From Candidatus Dojkabacteria bacterium (GTDB lineage: Bacteria; Patescibacteriota; Dojkabacteria; GCA-002793355), in assembly GCA_030583825.1 (NCBI GenBank), contig CP129477.1, forward strand, positions 960,221 through 1,024,220: a stretch of DNA of 64,000 bases, in the 5' to 3' direction. Each line of letters opens with the position of its first letter. Position 1 is the first letter of the stretch. The notes under the pieces are model-generated. The model was not told where the DNA came from, did not search any database, and worked only from the letters and a program-made list of their open reading frames with translations. The translations under genes were made by a program, and so were the position numbers. Positions 56,970-64,000 of this stretch are shown piece after piece.

Positions 56970-57710
56970 TTACGATATAACAATTTCAGGGAAGTTTGCA
57001 CGACTCCAATTCCATAATACCGGATGCATATCAATGGGCAGAATATTTGTTCCTCTGAGAGCTTCATCCCACGCAACTGCAACTTTTTCAGGAGCCGCAA
57101 CTCCTGGAAGAATTCCAAGCCTTACAGTGCTTTGAATAACATGCGTATCAGGAATAATCGTAACTTTATGCATGTTTCGTAAGCTGACATCAGTAAAATT
57201 ATGCAAAATGTACAGCCAGTAATTGGCCATTTTTTGCCCCGAAAGATAAGGAAACTGCTTTTTGTGGCTCACTTGCAAAATATTTTTAATGCGTACAACG
57301 CATGATTGCCCCTGTTTTATGATAAGACGTGGATCACTATCATAATGTTCGGCTAAAGTTTTGGAAATTGCTAACCAAATGTCTGTATGTCGGTTACTTT
57401 GCAATGCAAGACGATGTTTCACAAGATCCTTTATTACCTGTTCCCGTGAAACATTTGTTACCCTCTCAGGAAAGAACACATAGTTAGTTTCAGGATCATT
57501 AAATGTTTCTAACGCAGACTTCCACATCGCCGGAGAGCTTCGCTGATAGTTAATACTTACCGGCAAAGTAAAATATAAATACCTGAGTCGTTCTGATTTG
57601 TCTAGTTCGGGATGAACTTCATGCTGATGCGTTCTTGGAATAAGGCCAGTATCAAACATTTCTTTCAAAGCAATGATTCTTTTCTGAATATCACCAAGTT
57701 CATGAGACAT
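56970..57710 (-). CDS. HhH-GPD-superfamily glycosylase-like protein (Ogg/AGOG-like signature)
   Basis: Helix-hairpin-helix with a candidate catalytic Lys (YLSGQKMANYWLYIL), followed by the conserved Asp motif (IIPDTHVIQ). Confidence 0.45.
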   Translation of the reverse strand: MSHELGDIQKRIIALKEMFDTGLIPRTHQHEVHPELDKSERLRYLYFTLPVSINYQRSSPAMWKSALETFNDPETNYVFFPERVTNVSREQVIKDLVKHRLALQSNRHTDIWLAISKTLAEHYDSDPRLIIKQGQSCVVRIKNILQVSHKKQFPYLSGQKMANYWLYILHNFTDVSLRNMHKVTIIPDTHVIQSTVRLGILPGVAAPEKVAVAWDEALRGTNILPIDMHPVLWNWSRANFPEIVIS

Positions 57711-57756
57711 TATTGATTATACTCTACGGCAATTGTTCACGCTACTAAAAAAGGTT

Positions 57757-58695
57757 TTAGCTATACTTTCTTACCCTTCCCCCGCCACTTTTAATATTTC
57801 TATATTTTCTCGTTTCGCAGCCAACCCCTTCCCAATTTTCGGTGGACAAGTAAATTGGTTTGCCGTTCCAATGCAAAAGATCATTTTGGTCAATTTTTAC
57901 TTGAGGTAACATAGTGCATGTATTCACAGGATCATTATTAGGACTGAGCAACTTCATAGTTGGTGCTGATCCAGGGCCAATGGGAAATTCTTTGTATAAA
58001 TCTATGTACTCAGGAAACTGATATGCGACATCAATGAGTACTTCAGTCCAATGGAAGAAAAAGTTATAGCCAAATACTGAAATTACTTCGTTAAGTGCAT
58101 GAACCACCGATACACGTTTTTGTGAAACAAGTTTCACGGAGCAATCTTCTATAACTTGAGGAAGGTAACGAGTAAAAAATAGCTCGCGCGTAGGAAAATC
58201 ACTTTTCTGAATAACGCTGATTGGGAACACATATGCAGTTCCGTATTTTGGACGCGACATCTGCTCTAATTTTTTAAAAACCTGATCATTTTTGCTATGT
58301 GACAATGATAGTAGTCCGACATAAGAAATAGTTTCCGGGCGGCAGACCATTCTGCAAAATAACATATTAAGAAGCCATAATGTAAAATCATCTCGTAAAT
58401 GTGACAGCGTGTCATGTAAAGCAATTGTTTGCCTATCTAATTCACGGTACACATTGCAAAATCTATACTGAGAAAGAATTGGGTCAGAGGTTAAAGGGAA
58501 AGTACTTGCTTGCTTATTCTGCCAGATCCGCATTCGCTCACGAATAAAATATTGCATTTCGTTCAGAGTTACCGTATCAAGAGTTTTCTTTACTTGCTGA
58601 GTTTCTGTGTTTGTAGATTGCGCTACCGGCAAAATAGTATGATATTCCCAATGTTTGTATAGCTTTTTTAGGCGATCAGGAATTTCGTACTGCAT
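57757..58695 (-). CDS. Hypothetical protein (312 aa), conserved-looking NVYRELDR motif, function unknown
   Basis: Soluble ORF tightly packed in an operon-like array with nucleotide-processing enzymes. No family assignable from sequence. Confidence 0.4.
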   Translation of the reverse strand: MQYEIPDRLKKLYKHWEYHTILPVAQSTNTETQQVKKTLDTVTLNEMQYFIRERMRIWQNKQASTFPLTSDPILSQYRFCNVYRELDRQTIALHDTLSHLRDDFTLWLLNMLFCRMVCRPETISYVGLLSLSHSKNDQVFKKLEQMSRPKYGTAYVFPISVIQKSDFPTRELFFTRYLPQVIEDCSVKLVSQKRVSVVHALNEVISVFGYNFFFHWTEVLIDVAYQFPEYIDLYKEFPIGPGSAPTMKLLSPNNDPVNTCTMLPQVKIDQNDLLHWNGKPIYLSTENWEGVGCETRKYRNIKSGGGRVRKYS

Positions 58696-58703
58696 ACTTA
58701 CAT

Positions 58704-59444
58704 TTACCCAAGGGTAATGAGGCTCATTCCGCCATCAATGGTAAGAATTTCACCACACATGGCATCATTTTTAGTAAGGAATAAGATTGCATCAGCAACT
58801 TCGTCTGCAGTAATAAAGCGACCAATTGCCTGCTCTGCAGCTTCTTCTGAAAGCTCCGCGTCACTCAGACCTTCCCACATTGAAGTCATTGTTTTTCCTG
58901 GTGCAACACTATTCACTAGAATATTTGGAGCAAGCTCTTTGGCGAGATTTTTCGTATAATTGTCCAATGCTGCTTTCATTGCCGAATATGCTGCCGCTTC
59001 AGGTCTTCCATGTCCTAACCTTCCGTGGATTGATGATACCATCACAATCTTTCCCTGCTTTATAAGCGGCAATAATGCATCTGTAACATGCACAATGCTT
59101 AATAAATTGACATCAAAGTGTGCTTGGAATATTTCTCCGTCGCTGGCGGTCTTTGATCCCATAAATATGCCCGCATTATTAACGAGAATCTCTATAGCGT
59201 GATATTTTTCTGCCAGAAAGGCCACAAGCTTCTCTATATCATTTTTATTGGTCAGGTCAGCTTTAACAATTGCGTGATTCCCTCCATATTCAGCACATAA
59301 ATCTTTCACCGAAAGAGCTCCCTGCCCATCTTCTTTATAAACAATAATAACGTTTGCCCCCTCTTTTGCGTACTGGATAGCAGTAGCCTTTCCAATACCT
59401 GAAGATCCTCCTGTAATAACAACAGTTTTATTTTTAAGCTCCAT
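58704..59444 (-). CDS. SDR-family oxidoreductase (FabG-like)
   Basis: TGGSSGIGKA, NNAG and YSAMKAAL motifs. Confidence 0.85.
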   Translation of the reverse strand: MELKNKTVVITGGSSGIGKATAIQYAKEGANVIIVYKEDGQGALSVKDLCAEYGGNHAIVKADLTNKNDIEKLVAFLAEKYHAIEILVNNAGIFMGSKTASDGEIFQAHFDVNLLSIVHVTDALLPLIKQGKIVMVSSIHGRLGHGRPEAAAYSAMKAALDNYTKNLAKELAPNILVNSVAPGKTMTSMWEGLSDAELSEEAAEQAIGRFITADEVADAILFLTKNDAMCGEILTIDGGMSLITLG

Positions 59445-59499
59445 GTGTTTAACAGTAAAGTAAGTATCTATTGTAGCACTTTGGTGAAACTACTTTGGA

Positions 59500-60144
59500 T
59501 TACTCTATGTCTTCTTCTGATATTCCAAACGGATACAATAGTCCGAGGATTTCGGGGTAAGAAAACTTCGCATTTTTGCAAATATTTTCGTGAGGATTAA
59601 TAAGGTAGTTCTTTGCTTTTCTAAAATCTGCGCCGATAAGCACTGACTTCTGAAATTGACTCCGAGTAAAATCTGAGCGTCTAAATTTACACTTTCTTGC
59701 TTTTACCTCCGAAAATAAAGCTTCGACAAACTGACACTTAATAAACTTACTCTCAGAAATATCCATACTGCTAAAAATGTTATACGATAAATCTGATTCA
59801 TAACATTGAACGGTAAACCCCATGCTTGTATTACATGCCGACCAATCAATTCCAGAGAGTCGGCACCTTATAAACATAGTATTATCGAATTGCGAATCGG
59901 TAAGTTTGGCAACATTAAGGTTACAATCAGCAAACACACATTGCTCAAATCTGACTTTCTTTAATTCTCCTTCACTAAAATCACACCGAGAAAATAGGCA
60001 TTTGCGGAAGGTGATACTGCGCATACCCTCCGGGGTATATCTATGCTCCCTAAAGTGGACATTCTCATACTCTTCGTCACTTACGGCTGGAGATAGCGCA
60101 AGCTGAACCTTAGCACGATAGTGAGCAAGGAACTTTTTCTTCAT
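59500..60144 (-). CDS. Pentapeptide-repeat protein
   Basis: Tandem A(D/N)LxX-type pentapeptide repeats (CDFSEGELKKVRFEQCVFADCNLNVAKLTDSQF...). Confidence 0.7.
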   Translation of the reverse strand: MKKKFLAHYRAKVQLALSPAVSDEEYENVHFREHRYTPEGMRSITFRKCLFSRCDFSEGELKKVRFEQCVFADCNLNVAKLTDSQFDNTMFIRCRLSGIDWSACNTSMGFTVQCYESDLSYNIFSSMDISESKFIKCQFVEALFSEVKARKCKFRRSDFTRSQFQKSVLIGADFRKAKNYLINPHENICKNAKFSYPEILGLLYPFGISEEDIE

Positions 60145-60145
60145 A

Positions 60146-60760
60146 CTACTTTTTTACAAAATGGTAATTCAAAAAACCACGATCTTTAAATTCAGTTCTG
60201 CTGGAACTTTGTAATTTCATATTTGAAGGAATGTGATCCGACAATTCACCTTGCCCAAAATTCGAAAAATATCGCTGTAATTGCGCATCTCCACGAAAAC
60301 TTTCATATCCATCTGTTTCACCTTCTCGCACAGCAATAAACAACTTTCCTGCTGGCTTTAGGAAACGGCAAATACCTATAATTATGTTCTCTAACTGTTC
60401 TTTGGGAAAGTGAATCAATGAAGTGTGTGCCCAAATTCCGTCAAAGTGGTCTTCCGGAAACATGATTGTTTCAATGTCCCCGACTACAGCAGGAAGGTTT
60501 TGATTCTGGCAAATCTTTACCATTTCTTCGGAAATATCTATACCAGTCACATTATATCCAAGCTCGTTAAAATATTTTAGATGTGTTCCCGCTCCACATC
60601 CAATGTCCAAAATACGTCCATTAGGCGGTAAGTCCTTTACAAAAAGATCGGCTTCGGGCTTTACGCAGGCTAAAAAATAGTCATCGTATGTTGAGCCTAC
60701 AGTACTTGCGATCGCGTTATAGGTTTGCTTTGTTATAGACTTGAAGTTTCCTGCTTCCAT
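60146..60760 (-). CDS. Class I SAM-dependent methyltransferase
   Basis: SAM-binding motif I ILDIGCGAGTH, an acidic residue at the end of beta2 (TGIDISEEM), and motif post-I. Confidence 0.8.
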   Translation of the reverse strand: MEAGNFKSITKQTYNAIASTVGSTYDDYFLACVKPEADLFVKDLPPNGRILDIGCGAGTHLKYFNELGYNVTGIDISEEMVKICQNQNLPAVVGDIETIMFPEDHFDGIWAHTSLIHFPKEQLENIIIGICRFLKPAGKLFIAVREGETDGYESFRGDAQLQRYFSNFGQGELSDHIPSNMKLQSSSRTEFKDRGFLNYHFVKK

Positions 60761-60918
60761 GAGGAATTGTATCAGGTATAATAATTGATGATGAAACGTA
60801 TAGTATTACTTCGCTTTCACAAAGATATAGAGCTTGTGCAAAATCGCATTGAATTCCTGCGTACTCAATACACGAATTAAAGTTCATGCTTAAACTTACA
60901 AGGAAGAAATAAATTCTT

Positions 60919-61692
60919 TCATTGCCGGAGAATATTCATTATTTGTCCACCAACAATAAGAGCCTGCACTCCTGCTAACGCTTTCGCATTAGGAATTTGA
61001 ATCAACCCATCATATTGAACAGCAAACTTTTGCACAGGCTCGCTCTCACGCACAAACTGTACATTTGCGACTCTGTTCGTCTCCCTCTCTATAGCAATTG
61101 TAAACGGATTATTAACACCTGTTACCGAAAAGACATAACACTCACTTTTATCACACGCTATTGTTCCTAATAACGAGTAATCTTTTCCAGGGACTAATCC
61201 TTTTACTGTATGCATATCTACACTTAAAAGTGCTTGGCGCGTTGGTAACAATTGCGAAGAAGATACGCCAAATTGTTTCTGTATTTCTGGAGAAATTATA
61301 TACCAAGATTTTTCATCTACTGAGGCGTATATTTTCTTCGCCGATTCGACAACATGGATGGTACCGTGCCTCGTAGTTATGTCGTACTTTACGGCAGCTT
61401 GTGTATATACGCCTACAAAATCAGCTTCAATATTCTTAAAGCTTCCCCGTCCAGAAACAGTTATCACAACGTTTGAGTCCAAAAACTTTTCAATTGCGAC
61501 CTGTAACATTGTGGATGCGACGTCTTCGGACAGCGAATCACTCAAAGAGTTCGATTCTTGCTCCTCGTAAGAAGTAGTGTCTACCTTTACTGCACCGTTA
61601 TTCGCAATTAATAGTGGCCTCACAAGAGGAAGCATAAACATACTGCCAATAGCGACACTACACAATAAGGTTAAAGCAAATGACCACTTCAT
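60919..61692 (-). CDS. Hypothetical secreted protein
   Basis: N-terminal signal peptide (MKWSFALTLLCSVAIGSMFM) and no recognisable domains. Confidence 0.4.
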   Translation of the reverse strand: MKWSFALTLLCSVAIGSMFMLPLVRPLLIANNGAVKVDTTSYEEQESNSLSDSLSEDVASTMLQVAIEKFLDSNVVITVSGRGSFKNIEADFVGVYTQAAVKYDITTRHGTIHVVESAKKIYASVDEKSWYIISPEIQKQFGVSSSQLLPTRQALLSVDMHTVKGLVPGKDYSLLGTIACDKSECYVFSVTGVNNPFTIAIERETNRVANVQFVRESEPVQKFAVQYDGLIQIPNAKALAGVQALIVGGQIMNILRQ

Positions 61693-61785
61693 ACCAAAGT
61701 ATAGCAGGTTTTGATAATTATATAGGTTACCGGACTACCGATTTCGGGGCATTGCAACAGAAAATTATATACTGTAGAATTCGTC

Positions 61786-63681
61786 TTGATATCTAAATAC
61801 AAATGGGGGAGAAATATGTACACTTTTTATATTCAAGCTACGGATCTATTGCTTCTGGGGGATCTTAAGCCCTTTTTAGCGTTCTTTAGCATTGTCTGGA
61901 TTCTTTGGCTACTCAAAGTTTTCTTTGCATCACAGCATCGCGACGAAAAAAGAAGTCACATCGGTACATTTTCCGTTATTGTTCCTGTTTTTAATGAAGA
62001 TGAGGTATTGTTTAATAAAGTTCTCTCACAAATTTCTCACAAGAAACCTGCACAATTAATCGTTGCCGTTGATGGCGGATCAGAAAAGATGGCAGCAATT
62101 GCACAGAAATATACGAAAGATGTACTTATACTTGAAAAAGTTGGCAAACGTAAGGCAATGCTTCTTGCTTCTCAAAAGCTTAAGAAGGATACTGATTACG
62201 TCTTGATTGTTGACTCTGATACTCTTTGGACTGACTCAACTCTGACAATCCTGAAGCCCTTTATTAATCCTAAAGTCGGTGGTGTTACGGGAAAGCACGT
62301 TATTTTTGATGCAGACAAAACACTTGCCAGAAAAATCTCTCAGTGGATGGAAGATATTCGATTTAGCTTAGTTGTTCCAGCCCAACAAGTTGCTGGAAAT
62401 GTGATCTGCCTTCCTGGACGAACACTTGCAATTCGTCGTTCACTCGTAGAAACAGTATTACAAAATGTTGCCGAAGACGAGCTATTTGGCGTTCCTGTAA
62501 CAACAGGTGACGACCGAGAAATTACTACTCAAATTCTTAAGCTTGGGTATAACACTGTCTATCAAAAAGAATCTTTAGTAGAGACAGATGCGCCAAATAC
62601 AACTAAAAAGTTTATGGATCAGCAACTTCGCTGGTATAGAAGCGTTATCCGAGAAACATTTCGACGCTTTTTCTTTTATTTGCGAAAGTCCCCACTTTCA
62701 CTCATTTGGTCATTCGAATTTATTGCCTCGGGGCCAGTTCTGTTCGTAATTATGTTCCTGGCAGTTATAAAAATGACAACGGGACTTTACGCTATTTTGC
62801 CAAGTACACTTAATGAAATATTTGTCCAAAATCCTGCTCTTCATATTTCGTTAACAATTGCAGGTTTTGTGCTCGGCTATCTTATTCGCCAAATATACGT
62901 TGTTGCGAAAAAACCTTCACGTATCTTCTTTATTCCAATATTTATCTTTTACATGCTTCTTGTTTTATTACCAGTAAAGATTATTGCGTTATTTACATTT
63001 ATGGAGCAGGCATGGAAAACACGAAAGCAACACAATATAATTGTTGGTAATGTCTTTCTTGCTCGTACAATTAGCATCCTTACAGGCTTGGGAATTTTTG
63101 CATTAAGCTTCCCAAGTGTTTATTCCATGGAAATTGGCAAACTTAATATACCGTTTAGCATTGTACTGGCGGGAAACCCTGTTGAGTACTACAACAATCG
63201 CCTAGCATTGAATTCGCCTTCAGTTGCAGGAACACGAACAGAAGAAGAAGGAATTGCTACTATTACTACAATTAAAGAGACAAAACCGGTAGAAGCAACT
63301 CAGAATGAATCAAAGACCGACAATCAGACTATCGAAGTTTCTCGACCCGAAAGAAACACAAAACCCGAAAATTATGTTGTTGTTGCTCAAAAAGGTGACT
63401 CTGTCACAACACTCTCTAGAATTGTCATTTTAAAGTACGAAAAAGACAATAACCTGCGGTTAGATGCAACTCAGCGAGCCTATGTCGAAGCAAACCTTGT
63501 ATACAATAGAAAGCAGCAGTTTGTTCGAAATGGGAATGAATTTATAGTTCCTTATAAAGCTGTTGAGCAACACGCAAACGATAGCCGAAAACTTACAACC
63601 TCTCAGAAGAGTAGGTGGAGCGTTTATACAAAAGGAAGTGAAAGCGCCTACGCCAAACTCGCGACAAGAGTCAACGAATAA
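61786..63681 (+). CDS. Processive family-2 glycosyltransferase (cellulose/chitin/hyaluronan-synthase-like) with a C-terminal LysM-like domain
   Basis: N-terminal TM helix. VIVPVFNEDE, DGGS, IVDSDT (DxD), TGDDRE and the QQLRWYRS (QxxRW) motif. Multiple C-terminal TM helices. The tail YVVVAQKGDSVTTLSRIV...GNEFIVPY resembles LysM. Confidence 0.75.
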   Translation: MISKYKWGRNMYTFYIQATDLLLLGDLKPFLAFFSIVWILWLLKVFFASQHRDEKRSHIGTFSVIVPVFNEDEVLFNKVLSQISHKKPAQLIVAVDGGSEKMAAIAQKYTKDVLILEKVGKRKAMLLASQKLKKDTDYVLIVDSDTLWTDSTLTILKPFINPKVGGVTGKHVIFDADKTLARKISQWMEDIRFSLVVPAQQVAGNVICLPGRTLAIRRSLVETVLQNVAEDELFGVPVTTGDDREITTQILKLGYNTVYQKESLVETDAPNTTKKFMDQQLRWYRSVIRETFRRFFFYLRKSPLSLIWSFEFIASGPVLFVIMFLAVIKMTTGLYAILPSTLNEIFVQNPALHISLTIAGFVLGYLIRQIYVVAKKPSRIFFIPIFIFYMLLVLLPVKIIALFTFMEQAWKTRKQHNIIVGNVFLARTISILTGLGIFALSFPSVYSMEIGKLNIPFSIVLAGNPVEYYNNRLALNSPSVAGTRTEEEGIATITTIKETKPVEATQNESKTDNQTIEVSRPERNTKPENYVVVAQKGDSVTTLSRIVILKYEKDNNLRLDATQRAYVEANLVYNRKQQFVRNGNEFIVPYKAVEQHANDSRKLTTSQKSRWSVYTKGSESAYAKLATRVNE

Positions 63682-63723
63682 ACGTTATATTGCTATTCTC
63701 CGATTGTTTCCGTACTATTATAT

Positions 63724-64000
63724 ATGCCACAGAAAGACTTTCGAGAAAAGCTTGTTGATTTTGGAGTACGTTTTGTACGATTTATTCCGGGCTATTCAAA
63801 GATTAAGCAGGAACTTCTTTCCGATTGGGAATATGCGCAATCGTTTTCTTCAGTCAGCGAATTTCTTGATAAAGAGCAAGAGACACTAAAAAAGATTACT
63901 TTAGGGTTTAACTATTCTCCTCCACATATGGAGTGGCTTATTACCGATAGTCGTCTGAAGGATTCTCATATTACTCCCTCTCCGACAGCTGTTTTTGATT
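63724..64000 (+). CDS. Hypothetical protein, 5' partial fragment running off the window end
   Basis: Open frame from the ATG at 63724 with no stop before position 64000 (MPQKDFREKLVDFGVRFVRF...). Preferred over the overlapping track ORF 63563..63889. Confidence 0.35.
   Translation, partial: MPQKDFREKLVDFGVRFVRFIPGYSKIKQELLSDWEYAQSFSSVSEFLDKEQETLKKITLGFNYSPPHMEWLITDSRLKDSHITPSPTAVFD

Noticed and set aside
63563-63889. Track ORF of 108 aa overlapping the end of the GT2 gene
   Set aside because: It is in a different frame from the downstream open frame starting at 63724, which runs off the window end and has a plausible intergenic spacing. It overlaps 119 nt of the upstream CDS and was judged spurious.
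1-64000. Searched for CRISPR arrays, rRNA genes, integrase/transposase/recombinase genes and toxin-antitoxin pairs
   Set aside because: The window has no regularly spaced direct repeats, no rRNA-like GC-rich blocks other than the one at 6.2-6.6 kb, and no ORF with integrase, transposase or resolvase motifs. The tRNA-linked elements therefore have no local mobilising enzyme.

Overview
This is an AT-rich bacterial chromosomal segment of roughly 38% GC, inferred by eye. It is densely packed with about 65 CDSs and three tRNA genes, all on the minus strand: Val-GAC, Pro-TGG and Leu-GAG. I found no rRNA, CRISPR array, integrase or transposase. Many enzymes carry a single N-terminal membrane anchor, and there is a large envelope-glycan cluster; together these suggest, as inference only, a small-genome Gram-positive-like or Patescibacteria-type organism.

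Recognisable housekeeping genes:
- sufS-type cysteine desulfurase
- typA/bipA
- mutL
- rarA
- rplS-rnhB-yraN
- an rlmD-like m5U methyltransferase
- corA
- bcp
- a P-type ATPase
- an OmpR-type response regulator and an orphan histidine kinase

The accessory content includes the items below.
- A conserved 150-190 nt structured element sits immediately 3' of two different tRNA genes. Each copy ends in a direct repeat of that tRNA's own 3' terminus, so the pair looks like att sites. No recombinase is present, which would make these miniature tRNA-targeting integrative elements or an undescribed tRNA-trailer RNA family.
- A three-gene module encodes a NOX/ferric-reductase-type bis-heme flavoprotein, the FMN transferase ApbE and a membrane-anchored FMN-binding substrate protein. 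This implies extracytosolic flavinylated electron transfer.
- A glycan biosynthesis and export island spans 7.6-18.4 kb. It has a membrane GT2, a fused tandem GT1, a flippase-like protein, two GT-C-like polytopic proteins and a further GT1.
- A tight seven-gene minus-strand cluster at 55.5-60.8 kb mixes Nudix, HAD, an HhH-GPD glycosylase-like protein, an SDR, a pentapeptide-repeat protein, a methyltransferase and an uncharacterised 312-aa protein.
- Several unusual fusions occur: RNase HI-Nudix, Gfo/Idh/MocA-SCP2, and a processive GT2 with a LysM-like tail.
- A GC-rich structured intergenic block at 6.2-6.6 kb has no identifiable product.
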